Shown: positions 9,765 to 19,626 of the stretch, in pieces
Position numbering within the stretch: position 1 is the stretch's first letter
Layout: each line of letters starts with the position of its first letter
Assembly: GCA_041690675.1 (NCBI GenBank)
Contig: JAWLGU010000004.1
Coordinates: 34,636-98,635 of the forward strand
DNA from: Pseudomonadales bacterium
Lineage (GTDB): Bacteria > Pseudomonadota > Gammaproteobacteria > Pseudomonadales > Azotimanducaceae
DNA length: 64,000 nucleotides
Reading direction: 5' to 3'
Made by a program: the position numbers and the translations under genes
Notes under the pieces: model-generated
The model's input: only the letters and a program-made list of their open reading frames with translations
The model's database searches: none
What the model was told of the DNA's origin: nothing

Positions 9765-12377
9765 TCACAGAACCTGGGCGATCTGGGTGTCGAGACGTTG
9801 CCGGAGCGTGTTCTCGAGCAGGTAGATGCGCTCCCGGTCGCGGATGGGATCGCCGTGCTCGTCGACGATGAGGAAAACGTCCTCGATGCGCTCCCCGAGC
9901 GTGGCGATGCGGGCGGACTGCACCGACAAGCCCAGCTCGTGAAAAAGCAGGCCGATGGTGGCCAGGAGCCCGGGCCGGTCGCTGGCGATGATGGTGAGCT
10001 CGGTGTGGCGGGTGCCGCGCGGGTTGCGGATCTTCACCTGGGTGGCGCGGGTGAGCTGGCGCAGCCGCCGCGACGTCCGGCGCCTGACGATGCTCGGGTA
10101 TTCCGCCGGATCGTGGAGCTCGTGCTCCAGCTCCCGCTGCACGTGCCCGCGCCGGCCGCCTTCCCGGGACAGCGGATTGCCTTCGTCGTCCAGCACCACG
10201 TAGGTGTTCAGGCACAGGCCGTTCTCCGCAGTGTGGATGTTGGCGTCGTGGACGGAGAGCTCGAGCTGGTTCAGCGCCGCCACGCTGGCCGCGAACAGGT
10301 TCGGCTGATCGTGGGTGTACAGGACGATCTCCGTCGCCCCTTCGCTGGGGCGCTGCCCGCGCAGATCCACCAGCATCACCATGGGTCCCTTTGCGACGTC
10401 GTGACGGTGCATGCGCTCGGTGATGTCGGCCACCTGCCGCGGCGTGTGGCGCAGGAAGAACTCGTCCCCCGGCACTTCCCAGAGCGTCGACACCTCCTCG
10501 GCGCTGAGACCGCGTTCGAGCAGCTTCTCCAGGGCGCTCTCCCGGCAGGCGCGGACCGTGCTCTGCCGGTCCAGGGGCGACTCGAGACCGCGACGCAGGG
10601 CCTTGCGGGTTTCGCCGTAGAGGATGCGCAGCAGGGTGGCCCGCCAGCTGTTCCACAGGGTGGGGTTGGTGGCGGTGATGTCCGCCACGGTCAGAGCGTA
10701 CAGGTAGTTCAGCCGCATCTCCGACTTCACTTCCGAGGCGAAGGCGTGGATGACGTCGGGGTCGTAGATGTCCTTGCGCTGAGCCGTGCTCGACATCAGC
10801 AGGTGCTGGCGCACCAGCCAGCTCACCAGCTCGGTGTCGGCATCGCTGATCCGATGACGCCGGCAGAACGCTTCCACATAGCTGGCGCCGATCTGGGAAT
10901 GGTCGCCCCCTCGGCCCTTGCCGATGTCGTGGTACAGCCCGGCGATGTAGAGCAGCTCGATCTTCGGCAGATTTCGCACGCAGTGGGCGGCCACCGGGTA
11001 GTCCTGCTCGGCGGAGCGGTAATGCAGGCGCCGCATGTTGCGGATCACCATCATGGTGTGGGCGTCCACGGTGTAGATGTGGAACAGGTCGTGCTGCATC
11101 TGCCCGACGATCTCGCCGAATTCCGGCAGATAGCGCCCGAGCACTCCGTAGCGACGCATGCGCGTGAGCTGCGACACCAGGGTGTAGGGCGCCTTCAGCA
11201 GATCGATGAACAGGCGGGTGTTGACCGGGTCGTGCCGGAAGTGGGTGTCGATGAGGTGCAGATGCTCGCGGATGAGCCGGATGGTGCCGGCCCTCACCCC
11301 GGAAACGTCTCGGCGGTTGGCCATGATCACGAATATTTCCAGCAGCGCGCTGGGCTGGCGCTGGAACACGTCGGGCGCGGTCACCTCGATGTAGTCGTTG
11401 CGAATCTGGAACCTCGGATTGATGGGCACAATCCGGGGTTTCTCCCGGGCCCGCAGGATCGACTCGTGGAAGTGCTGAAGTAGAAGGTCGTTGACCTCCC
11501 TGAGCTCGATGATGTGGCGGTAGTAGTGGTGCATGAAACGCTCGACCCCGAGCTTGGCCCGCGTGTCGGCGAAGCCGAGACGCTGCGCCAGCGTCCGCTG
11601 GTGCTCGAACTGCAGATGGTCTTCCTTGCGGCCGGCGAGGAGGTGCAGGCCGAAGCGCACCCACCAGAGAAAGCGCCGGCCCGCCTCCAGCCAGACCCGC
11701 TCCTCGGCGGTGAGCATGCCGAGCTGTTCCAGCGCGGCCGCGTCGGTGGTCCCGAATTTTCTCGCCATCACCCACATGGCCGTCTGCAGATCCCGGAGCC
11801 CGCCCGGCGAGGTCTTGATGTTGGGCTCGAGGCCGTACTCCACGTTGTCGTACACGCGGTGCCGGCGCACCTGCTCGTCGCGCTTCGCTTTGAAGAAAGT
11901 CTCCGGCGGCCACAGTCGTTTCGAAGACAGGATGCGGGTGAGGCGGGCGGCCAGATCCTCCGAGCCCACGAGCAGCCGGCGCTCGAACATGGCGGTGGCC
12001 ACGGTGATGTCCCGGGCCGCTTCCCGTTTGCAGTCCCGCAGCGAGCGGACGCTGTGGCCGAGCTCCTGATTGAGGTCGAACAGGCAGTGCAGGAAATCGG
12101 TGATGGCCTTGCGCTGCCGGTCGGGGCGGCGGGCCAGGATCAGCAGGTCGATATCCGAGTGGGGGAACAGCTCTCCGCGCCCGTAGCCGCCCACTGCGAA
12201 CACGGCGATGTCGTCCCGGACCTGCTCGGGAACCTTCTCGTTCCAGATCTCCGCGATGATGCCGTCGAAGAAGCTGCTGCGCTCGGCCAGCAGCGTCTCC
12301 ACGTCCTCGTCGTTCCAGTAGCGCTGCGCCAGCGCCTCGTCTTTCTCGGCGATACGCGCCCGCAGGCGATCCACCAT
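9765..12377 (-). CDS. glnD: [Protein-PII] uridylyltransferase/uridylyl-removing enzyme
   Basis: Nucleotidyltransferase block AVGGYGRGELFPHSDIDLLIL, HD domain (GLYHDIGKGRGGDHS) and two C-terminal ACT-like segments. ATG 12377 is used here. An in-frame GTG at 12467 overlapping the map stop (GTGA) is an alternative start. Confidence 0.9.
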   Translation of the reverse strand: MVDRLRARIAEKDEALAQRYWNDEDVETLLAERSSFFDGIIAEIWNEKVPEQVRDDIAVFAVGGYGRGELFPHSDIDLLILARRPDRQRKAITDFLHCLFDLNQELGHSVRSLRDCKREAARDITVATAMFERRLLVGSEDLAARLTRILSSKRLWPPETFFKAKRDEQVRRHRVYDNVEYGLEPNIKTSPGGLRDLQTAMWVMARKFGTTDAAALEQLGMLTAEERVWLEAGRRFLWWVRFGLHLLAGRKEDHLQFEHQRTLAQRLGFADTRAKLGVERFMHHYYRHIIELREVNDLLLQHFHESILRAREKPRIVPINPRFQIRNDYIEVTAPDVFQRQPSALLEIFVIMANRRDVSGVRAGTIRLIREHLHLIDTHFRHDPVNTRLFIDLLKAPYTLVSQLTRMRRYGVLGRYLPEFGEIVGQMQHDLFHIYTVDAHTMMVIRNMRRLHYRSAEQDYPVAAHCVRNLPKIELLYIAGLYHDIGKGRGGDHSQIGASYVEAFCRRHRISDADTELVSWLVRQHLLMSSTAQRKDIYDPDVIHAFASEVKSEMRLNYLYALTVADITATNPTLWNSWRATLLRILYGETRKALRRGLESPLDRQSTVRACRESALEKLLERGLSAEEVSTLWEVPGDEFFLRHTPRQVADITERMHRHDVAKGPMVMLVDLRGQRPSEGATEIVLYTHDQPNLFAASVAALNQLELSVHDANIHTAENGLCLNTYVVLDDEGNPLSREGGRRGHVQRELEHELHDPAEYPSIVRRRTSRRLRQLTRATQVKIRNPRGTRHTELTIIASDRPGLLATIGLLFHELGLSVQSARIATLGERIEDVFLIVDEHGDPIRDRERIYLLENTLRQRLDTQIAQVL

Positions 12378-12463
12378 GGCTCCGGGGCCGTCGCCGAAAC
12401 GCCGACCGGCCGGGGAGGGGGCGCCGCGCGGGGACGCTCCGGCGGGCGCCGCGCCGGGCTCGG

Positions 12464-13252
12464 TCACGGCAGCGTCTCGTCGTTCCGCCGGGTGAGCACC
12501 TCGGCGCCGCTGGCGGTGACCAGAATGGTGTGCTCCCACTGGGCGGAGAGCTTGTGGTCCTTGGTCACCACCGTCCACTGGTCGGGCAGAATCCTCACGT
12601 GGCGCTTGCCGGCGTTGATCATGGGCTCGATGGTGAAGGTCATGCCTTCCTCGAGGGCCATGCCGGTGCCGGCACGGCCGTAGTGCAGCACCTGGGGATC
12701 GTCGTGGAAGGTGCGGCCGATGCCGTGGCCGCAGAACTCGCGCACCACGGAGAAGTGGTTGGCTTCGGCGTGACTCTGGATGGCATGCCCGATGTCGCCG
12801 AGCCGAGCTCCGGCGCGCACCGCCTCGATACCCTTGTACAGACACTCCTGGGTCACTCGAACCAGCCGCTCGGCCAGCACGCTGGGCTTGCCGACGAGGA
12901 ACATCTTGCTGGTGTCCCCGTGGTAGCCGTCCTTGATCACGGTGACGTCGATGTTGAGGATGTCGCCGTTCTTCAGCACCTTCTTGTCGGACGGTATGCC
13001 GTGGCAGACCACGTGGTTCACCGAGGTGCAGATGGACTTGGGAAAGGGTGGAGCCACCCCGTTGGTGTAGTTCAGCGGCGCCGGGACGCAGCCGAGCTCG
13101 TCGACGATGTACTCGTGGCACAGGGTGTTCAGGTGGTCGGTGGTGGTGCCGGCCCTCACGTGTTCCCCGATCATCTCCAGCACTTGGGCGGCCAGGCGGC
13201 CGGCAGTGCGCATTCGAGCGATCTCGTCTTCGGATTGGACGCGTGCAACCAT
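12464..13252 (-). CDS. map: Methionine aminopeptidase type I
   Basis: MetAP-I blocks (GAHLNTLCHEY-like, VCHGIPS, DIVNIDVT-like, HAIQ, FCGHGIG, TIEPM, QWEHT). ATG 13252 (MVARVQSEDEI) is preferred over the longest TTG start at 13267. Confidence 0.9.
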   Translation of the reverse strand: MVARVQSEDEIARMRTAGRLAAQVLEMIGEHVRAGTTTDHLNTLCHEYIVDELGCVPAPLNYTNGVAPPFPKSICTSVNHVVCHGIPSDKKVLKNGDILNIDVTVIKDGYHGDTSKMFLVGKPSVLAERLVRVTQECLYKGIEAVRAGARLGDIGHAIQSHAEANHFSVVREFCGHGIGRTFHDDPQVLHYGRAGTGMALEEGMTFTIEPMINAGKRHVRILPDQWTVVTKDHKLSAQWEHTILVTASGAEVLTRRNDETLP

Positions 13253-13502
13253 GGGGGGATTAGACAACCATCTTTACGGCTGGGACGGGGATTGTTCCAG
13301 CGCTGAGTGGTTTATGGTATAAAGCGCGCCGCTCCGGAGCAACGCGGCTTGCTGCCGGGGCGATATTCGTTCAATTCGCAAACTGAAACTTCTCACGTCA
13401 TCCGGCACATGCTTCCGGGTGCCAGACATCGCGCTTCGCCCGGAGGGGCGGGGTGAGCTGGTTGAAGCATGGGGGTGGCGGAGGCGCAACCCGGAGGAAA
13501 AC

Positions 13503-14306
13503 ATGAACATCACCATGCGCGACATGCTCGCTGCCGGCGTGCATTTCGGACATCAGACCCGGTTCTGGAACCCGAAGATGCGACCCTACATCTTCGGCGC
13601 CCGGAACAAGATCCACATCATCAACCTCGAGAAGACGGTGCCCGCCTTCAACGGCGCGCTGGGCGAGCTCAGGAACATGGCCTCGGGCGGCAAGAAGCTC
13701 CTCTTCGTCGGCACCAAGCGTGCGGCCGCCGACACCATCCGCGAGCAGGCCTCCCGGGTGGGCATGCCGTACGTAGACCAGCGCTGGCTGGGCGGCATGC
13801 TGACCAACTACAAGACCATCCGCCAGTCCATCAAGCGTCTGCACGATCTGGAGACCCAGGCCGCGGACGGGACCTTCGATCTGCTCACCAAGCGTGAGGC
13901 GCTGTCCAAGCAGCGCATGCTCGAGAAGCTCGAGCGCAGCATCGGCGGTATCAAGGACATGGGAGGGCTGCCGGATGCGCTGTTCGTGGTGGACGTCATG
14001 CACGAGCACATCGCGGTGGAGGAAGCCAACAAGCTCGGCATTCCCGTGTTCGGCATCGTCGACACCAACAGTGACCCGGACGGGGTGGACTTCGTCATCC
14101 CCGGCAACGACGACGCCATCCGGGCCATTCGCCTCTACGTGACGGCGGTGGCCGATGCGATCCAGGAAGGCCGGGAGAAGGCCTCCGGGCACGTGAGCGC
14201 CGACGAGTTCGTGGAGGTGACGGATGAGCCTGCCGCGGCGGAGACGGCGGATCCCGCCCCGGTCGCGGCCGCCACGGCGAGCGACGCCGAGAACACGGAG
14301 GAATAG
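13503..14306 (+). CDS. rpsB: 30S ribosomal protein S2
   Basis: [26 protein letters not shown] matches the canonical S2 N-terminus. GGAGGAAAAC precedes the ATG. Confidence 0.95.
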   Translation: MNITMRDMLAAGVHFGHQTRFWNPKMRPYIFGARNKIHIINLEKTVPAFNGALGELRNMASGGKKLLFVGTKRAAADTIREQASRVGMPYVDQRWLGGMLTNYKTIRQSIKRLHDLETQAADGTFDLLTKREALSKQRMLEKLERSIGGIKDMGGLPDALFVVDVMHEHIAVEEANKLGIPVFGIVDTNSDPDGVDFVIPGNDDAIRAIRLYVTAVADAIQEGREKASGHVSADEFVEVTDEPAAAETADPAPVAAATASDAENTEE

Positions 14307-14310
14307 ACAC

Positions 14311-15180
14311 ATGGCCATTACGGCAGCAATGGTGAAGGAGCTTCGGGAGCGCACCGGGCTCGGCATGATGGACTGCAAGAAGGCGCTGGAGGAAGCGTCG
14401 GGCGACATGGAGCTCGCCATCGAGGAGCTGCGCAAGAAAAGCGCCCTGAAGGCGGCGAAGAAAGCCGGCCGCACCACGGCGGACGGTCTGTTGGGGCTGA
14501 AGGTTGCCGAGGACGGCAGCAAGGCGGCCCTGGTGGAAGTGAACATCGAAACCGACTTCGCGGCCAAGAACGAGAAGTTCGTCGCCTTCGTCGACGAGGT
14601 GCTCGCCACCGTGTTCGACACCGGCGAGACCGACGTCGAGAAGCTGCTGGCCGGAGGCCTCGGCAGTCGCCGCGAGACCCTGGTTCAGGAAATCGGCGAG
14701 AACATCAGCGTGCGCCGGGCCGCGTTCCTGCAGACCTCGGACGGTCGCATCAGCAGCTACCTTCACGGCGACAACCGCAAGGGCGCCCTGGTGGAGCTCT
14801 CCGGTGACGCCGGCGAGACGGGCCGGGAGATCGCCATGCACGTCACCGCCATCAATCCCCTGGTGGTGACTGCCGATCAGGTGCCCGCGGAGGTGCTGGC
14901 CAAGGAGCGTGAGATCTACACGTCTCAGGCGGCGGAGAGCGGCAAGCCCGCCGACATCGTCGAGAAGATGGTGGAAGGCCGCGTGCGCAAGTTCCTGGCC
15001 GAGGTGAGCCTGGTGGACCAGCCCTTCGTGAAGGATCCGAACATGAAGGTGGGCAAGCTCCTCGCCGACGCCGGGGTGGAGTGTCGGCGCTTCGTCCGCT
15101 TCGAGGTGGGCGAGGGCATCGAGGTGGAGCAGAGCGACTTCGCCGCCGAGGTGGCTGCCCAGGTGAAAGGGGCGAGCTGA
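14311..15180 (+). CDS. tsf: Elongation factor Ts
   Basis: MAITAAMVKELRERTGLGMMDCKKALEE is the canonical EF-Ts N-terminus. Immediately follows rpsB. Confidence 0.95.
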   Translation: MAITAAMVKELRERTGLGMMDCKKALEEASGDMELAIEELRKKSALKAAKKAGRTTADGLLGLKVAEDGSKAALVEVNIETDFAAKNEKFVAFVDEVLATVFDTGETDVEKLLAGGLGSRRETLVQEIGENISVRRAAFLQTSDGRISSYLHGDNRKGALVELSGDAGETGREIAMHVTAINPLVVTADQVPAEVLAKEREIYTSQAAESGKPADIVEKMVEGRVRKFLAEVSLVDQPFVKDPNMKVGKLLADAGVECRRFVRFEVGEGIEVEQSDFAAEVAAQVKGAS

Positions 15181-15219
15181 TGGCTCCTCCGCTGACCCTG
15201 GTCGGGTACCGCTGACGCC

Positions 15220-15939
15220 GTGCGCCGGGTTCTGCTCAAGCTGAGCGGCGAGGCCCTGGCCGGCGACGCCGGCATGGGCATCGATCCCGAGGTAGTGAAG
15301 CGTCTGTGCAGGGACATCGCCGCCGCCCGGGAGCAGGGGGTGGAGGTGGCCCTGGTGCTCGGCGGTGGCAACCTGTTCCGCGGCGCCGCGCTGCAGCGGT
15401 CCGGTCTCGACCGGGTCACCGGCGATCAGATGGGAATGCTGGCCACCGTGATGAACGGCCTGGCATTCCGGGATCTGTTGCGGCAGGTGGGGGTGCCCTC
15501 CGCTCTGTTCTCGGCACTGGAGCTGCCGGGGGTCGCGGCGCGCTTCGACCGCGACGCCGCGGTGGCGGCCCTGCACCGGGGCGAGGTGGCGGTGTTCGTC
15601 GCGGGCACCGGCAATCCGTTCTTCACCACCGATACGGCGGCCTGCCTGCGGGGCATCGAGATCGGCGCCGACGCGGTGCTGAAGGCCACCAAGGTGGACG
15701 GCGTCTACTCCGCGGACCCGATGCTCGATCCCAGCGCCACGCGCTTCGACGCCCTCAGTTATGATGAGGTGCTCGAGCGCGACCTCAAGGTGATGGACCT
15801 CACCGCCATCTGCCTGTGCCGCGACCATGATCTGCCCGTGGTCGTGTTCGACCTGGCGGAAGAGGGCGCGTTGACCCGTGTGATCAAGGGTGACAAGGTT
15901 GGAACGCGGGTAGGTCCCGCGGGCGAGAGGGAGCTATGA
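15220..15939 (+). CDS. pyrH: UMP kinase
   Basis: [11 protein letters not shown]...GGGNLFRG...[12 protein letters not shown] blocks. GTG start. Confidence 0.93.
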   Translation: MRRVLLKLSGEALAGDAGMGIDPEVVKRLCRDIAAAREQGVEVALVLGGGNLFRGAALQRSGLDRVTGDQMGMLATVMNGLAFRDLLRQVGVPSALFSALELPGVAARFDRDAAVAALHRGEVAVFVAGTGNPFFTTDTAACLRGIEIGADAVLKATKVDGVYSADPMLDPSATRFDALSYDEVLERDLKVMDLTAICLCRDHDLPVVVFDLAEEGALTRVIKGDKVGTRVGPAGEREL

Positions 15940-16493
15940 TCGACGACATTCGCGCCGATGCCGACGAACGCATGGGCAAATCGCTGGAGTCTCTGCATGC
16001 GGCCTTCGCCCGCATTCGCACCGGCCGGGCCCATCCGTCCCTCCTTCACGGCATCGAAGTCCCCTACTACGGCACCGACACGCCGCTGAACCAGCTCGCT
16101 TCCGTCACCGTCGAGGACGCGCGGACGCTGGTGATCTCACCGTGGGAGAAGAAGCTGATCCCGGAGATCGAGAAGGCCATTCTGAAGAGCGATCTCGGCA
16201 TTACCCCCAACTCCACGTCCGACGTGATCCGGGTGCCGTTGCCCGCCCTGACGGAGGAGAACCGGCGGGATCTGGCCAAGCACGCCCGGCACGAGGCGGA
16301 GAACGCGCGGATCGCCATCCGCAACATCCGCCGGGATGCCATCGGCGACATCCGCGAGTTGGTGAAAGAGAAGGAAATCGCCGAAGACGACGCCCATCGC
16401 GCGGAAGACGCGATTCAGAAGCTCACCGACAAGTGGATCGGCGAGGTCGACAAGGCCTTGGAGTCGAAAGAAGCCGATCTGATGGCGGTTTGA
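15936..16493 (+). CDS. frr: Ribosome recycling factor
   Basis: 185 aa with Frr-like sequence ([30 protein letters not shown]). ATGA overlap with pyrH. Confidence 0.95.
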   Translation: MIDDIRADADERMGKSLESLHAAFARIRTGRAHPSLLHGIEVPYYGTDTPLNQLASVTVEDARTLVISPWEKKLIPEIEKAILKSDLGITPNSTSDVIRVPLPALTEENRRDLAKHARHEAENARIAIRNIRRDAIGDIRELVKEKEIAEDDAHRAEDAIQKLTDKWIGEVDKALESKEADLMAV

Positions 16494-16560
16494 CGCTACA
16501 CTACGAACCGCTCACCGGTTACCGCTGGTAGCCGACGTTTTCCGCAACGCGAAGAGTCAT

Positions 16561-17337
16561 ATGGCCGAAGTCAGGGCAACGGTAGACAAAGCATCGGCAG
16601 AGTCGCAGAGCGACCCCTTCGCGGCGGACCCTTCGAGCAAGTTGCCCCGGCACGTGGCCATCATCATGGACGGCAACCACCGTTGGGCGAAGCAGCGTCG
16701 TCTCCCGGGGGCGGCGGGGCATCGTGCCGGTGCGAAGAACGTCCGGCCGGTGGCGGAGGCCTGCGCCGACGCCGGAGTCCGCATCCTCACCCTGTTCGCG
16801 TTCAGCACGGAGAACTGGCAGCGCCCCAGTCGTGAGGTCAACCTGCTCATGGACCTCATGCGCAACGTGCTCGAGCGGGACGTGGACGAGCTGAACGAGC
16901 GCGGTGTGCGGCTGCGCATCATCGGCGACCGCGAGCGCTTCGCCCCGGATCTGCAGATGCGGATGAATCGGGCGGAGGCGCTGACCCGGGACAACGACCG
17001 CATGACCCTGAACATCGCGGCGAACTTCGGCGGCCGCTGGGACATCGCCCGGGCGGCCCGGGATCTCGCCCGGGACGTGGCGGCGGGACGCCTGCAGGCC
17101 GACGACGTGGACGAGACGGTATTCAACCGCTACCTGTCCCTCGGCGACCTGCCCGCCCCGGACATCTGCATCCGCACCGGCGGGGAGGCCCGCATCAGCA
17201 ATTTTCTGCTGTGGGACTTCGCGTATACGGAGCTGTACTTCACGGACGCGTACTGGCCGGAGTTCTCGGACCGGGATCTGGCGGAGGCCCTGTCGTGGTT
17301 TCAGGAGCGGCAGCGCCGTTTCGGGCGTCGCCAGTAG
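16561..17337 (+). CDS. uppS: Undecaprenyl-diphosphate synthase
   Basis: HVAIIMDGNHRWA...LTLFAFSTENW...RTGGEARISNFLLWD blocks. Confidence 0.93.
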   Translation: MAEVRATVDKASAESQSDPFAADPSSKLPRHVAIIMDGNHRWAKQRRLPGAAGHRAGAKNVRPVAEACADAGVRILTLFAFSTENWQRPSREVNLLMDLMRNVLERDVDELNERGVRLRIIGDRERFAPDLQMRMNRAEALTRDNDRMTLNIAANFGGRWDIARAARDLARDVAAGRLQADDVDETVFNRYLSLGDLPAPDICIRTGGEARISNFLLWDFAYTELYFTDAYWPEFSDRDLAEALSWFQERQRRFGRRQ

Positions 17338-17344
17338 CCTCCGC

Positions 17345-18157
17345 TTGCTGCGTTCCCGGGTCATCACCGCGCTCATCCTCGCCCCTCTGGTCGTTTCGGC
17401 CATCTACCTGCTGCCCATCTCCGCCTACGCCGCCTTCTTCTGGCTCATCGCCGCCGCCGGGGCCTACGAATGGGCGGGGCTCGCAGGGTTGAAGGAGGTG
17501 TGGTCCCGGGTCGCGTACCTTGCGGTGCTGGCGGTTCTGGCGTTGCTCGCCTGGCAGCTGCCGGAGCATTGGGGGGCCGTGCTGTGGCTGGGCGCCGGAT
17601 TCTGGCTTCTGGCGGCCGTGGCGGTGGTGTTCTATCCCCGCGGGGGCAAGGTGGTGACCCACCCCCTGGTGGCGGTGCCGGCGGGGCTGCTGGTGGCGCT
17701 CACGGCTTGGCTCGGCCTGGTGGTGATCCGCGACCAGCCCGGCGGCGCAACCTGGGTGCTGTGGCTGCTGTTCCTCGTGTGGGGCGCCGACATCGGCGCC
17801 TACTTCGCCGGCCATCGCTACGGCAGGCGGCTGCTCGCACCCCGGGTGAGCCCGGGGAAGACCTGGGAAGGGCTCATCGGCGGTGTCCTGGCGAGCCTGC
17901 TGGTGGCGCTGGTCATGCTGGTGCCCATGGGGGCGTTGACCCCGTGGTGGCCGCCGTTGATCCTGCTGCTGGTCACCGTCTCGGTGTTCGGCGACCTGTT
18001 CGAGAGCGTCCTCAAGCGTTCCCGCGGCGTGAAGGACTCGGGTTCGCTTCTGCCCGGGCACGGCGGCATGCTCGACCGGATCGACTCCGTGGTGGCGGTG
18101 CTGCCGGTGTTCGCGCTGATGCTCTCCACCGGCATCTCCTCCGGAGGGATCGGCTGA
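17345..18157 (+). CDS. cdsA: Phosphatidate cytidylyltransferase
   Basis: Polytopic membrane protein with the CdsA C-terminal signature (SVLKRSRGVKDSGSLLPGHGGMLDRIDS). TTG start. Confidence 0.9.
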   Translation: MLRSRVITALILAPLVVSAIYLLPISAYAAFFWLIAAAGAYEWAGLAGLKEVWSRVAYLAVLAVLALLAWQLPEHWGAVLWLGAGFWLLAAVAVVFYPRGGKVVTHPLVAVPAGLLVALTAWLGLVVIRDQPGGATWVLWLLFLVWGADIGAYFAGHRYGRRLLAPRVSPGKTWEGLIGGVLASLLVALVMLVPMGALTPWWPPLILLLVTVSVFGDLFESVLKRSRGVKDSGSLLPGHGGMLDRIDSVVAVLPVFALMLSTGISSGGIG

Positions 18158-18266
18158 TTGGGTTCGATCCAGGCCGGGATGTTCGTATATCATCCGCGCC
18201 TTCACGGGGTCCGGGGCGCCCGCAGGCGCGGCCAGAACCAACCGAAGTAACCAGGGTCTCACCTAC

Positions 18267-19604
18267 GTGATGGACTTTCTCCAATATCCGCTGGCGCTGA
18301 TCGTCACCCTGGGGTTGCTGGTGACCTTTCACGAGCTGGGCCATTTCCTGGTCGCCCGGCTCTCGGGCGTCCGCGTGGTGCGGTTCTCCGTGGGTTTCGG
18401 CAGGCCGATCTGGTCCAGGTTCGATAAGCACGGCACGGAATTCGCCGTGGCCGCGATCCCGCTGGGAGGCTACGTGCGCATGCTCGACGAGCGGGAGCCC
18501 GGCACGGTGGAGGCCGAGCGGCGGCCCGGCGACGTGGCGTATCCCGACCTCAGTCCCTGGTGGCGCATGGCCATCGCATCGGCGGGACCGTTGGCGAACT
18601 TCGTGCTGGCGGCGCTCGTGTACTGGCTGCTGTTCGTGGTGGGCACCACGGCCGTTGCCCCCATGCTGGGGCCGGTGCCGGATGAATCGCCGGCGGAGCG
18701 GGCCGGGCTCGTACAGGGAGCGGAGATCGTCGCCGTCGATGGCGAGCCCACGCGTTCCTGGCAGGAAGTGACCATGGCGCTGGCCGGGCGTCTGGGCGAG
18801 ACCGGATCCATCACCCTCACCGCCCGGACTCCCGGAAGCGCGCAGTCCACGGACGTGAATCTGTCGGTGACCGACTGGCACCGCGGGGTGGACGAGCCAG
18901 ATCTGCTGGGCTCCCTCGGCATTCAGCCGGCGCTGCCGGCGGTGATGGGCGAGGTGCTGCCGGAAAGCCCGGCGGCCCGCGCCGGTCTGCGCCCGTACGA
19001 CCGGGTCGTCTCGGTGGCGGGGGAGCCGGTGGAGACCTGGTCGGAGTGGGTGGAGGCGGTTCAGGCGTCCGCGGAACGGCCGCTGGACGTGGTGGTGGAG
19101 CGGGAGGGCCAGCGCCTCGCCCTGGTGGTGCGCCCGGAGATGCGCGAGCTTCCGAACGGCGGCACCGGCGGTTACGTGGGGGTCGCCGCCCGCACCAACG
19201 AGATCCGCTACGGGCCGCTGGAGGCGGTGGCGCCGAGCGTCGGCGAAACCTGGGACAAGACCGTGCTGACCTTGGGTCTGCTGAAGAAGATGATCACCGG
19301 CGACGTTTCCATGAAGAATCTGAGCGGGCCGATCACCATCGCCAAGGTGGCGGGGGATTCGGCCCGTTCCGGCTGGCGCTTCTTCCTGGGAGTTCTGGCG
19401 CTGCTCAGCATCTCGCTGGGGGTTCTGAATCTGCTGCCGATTCCCATCCTCGACGGCGGGCACATCGTCTTCTGCGCGGCCGAGGTGGTGCGGGGCAAGC
19501 CGGTCTCGGAGCGGGTGCAGGCGCTGGGCACCCAGATCGGGCTGTTCCTGGTGGCCGGGCTGATGATCCTGGCCCTGTATAACGACATATCCCGTTTGTT
19601 CTGA
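18267..19604 (+). CDS. rseP: Site-2 protease RseP (zinc metalloprotease)
   Basis: HELGHFLVAR zinc motif, PDZ region, and C-terminal LNLLPIPILDGGH. Confidence 0.92.
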   Translation: MMDFLQYPLALIVTLGLLVTFHELGHFLVARLSGVRVVRFSVGFGRPIWSRFDKHGTEFAVAAIPLGGYVRMLDEREPGTVEAERRPGDVAYPDLSPWWRMAIASAGPLANFVLAALVYWLLFVVGTTAVAPMLGPVPDESPAERAGLVQGAEIVAVDGEPTRSWQEVTMALAGRLGETGSITLTARTPGSAQSTDVNLSVTDWHRGVDEPDLLGSLGIQPALPAVMGEVLPESPAARAGLRPYDRVVSVAGEPVETWSEWVEAVQASAERPLDVVVEREGQRLALVVRPEMRELPNGGTGGYVGVAARTNEIRYGPLEAVAPSVGETWDKTVLTLGLLKKMITGDVSMKNLSGPITIAKVAGDSARSGWRFFLGVLALLSISLGVLNLLPIPILDGGHIVFCAAEVVRGKPVSERVQALGTQIGLFLVAGLMILALYNDISRLF

Positions 19605-19626
19605 TCGAATCGGCCCTGGGGGGGAC

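Noticed and set aside
13253-13502. The 250-bp map/rpsB divergent spacer, considered as a novel regulatory RNA.
   Set aside because: A long structured rpsB leader (S2 autoregulation) and divergent promoters are expected here in Gammaproteobacteria. I cannot verify the fold by eye, and it would not be novel.
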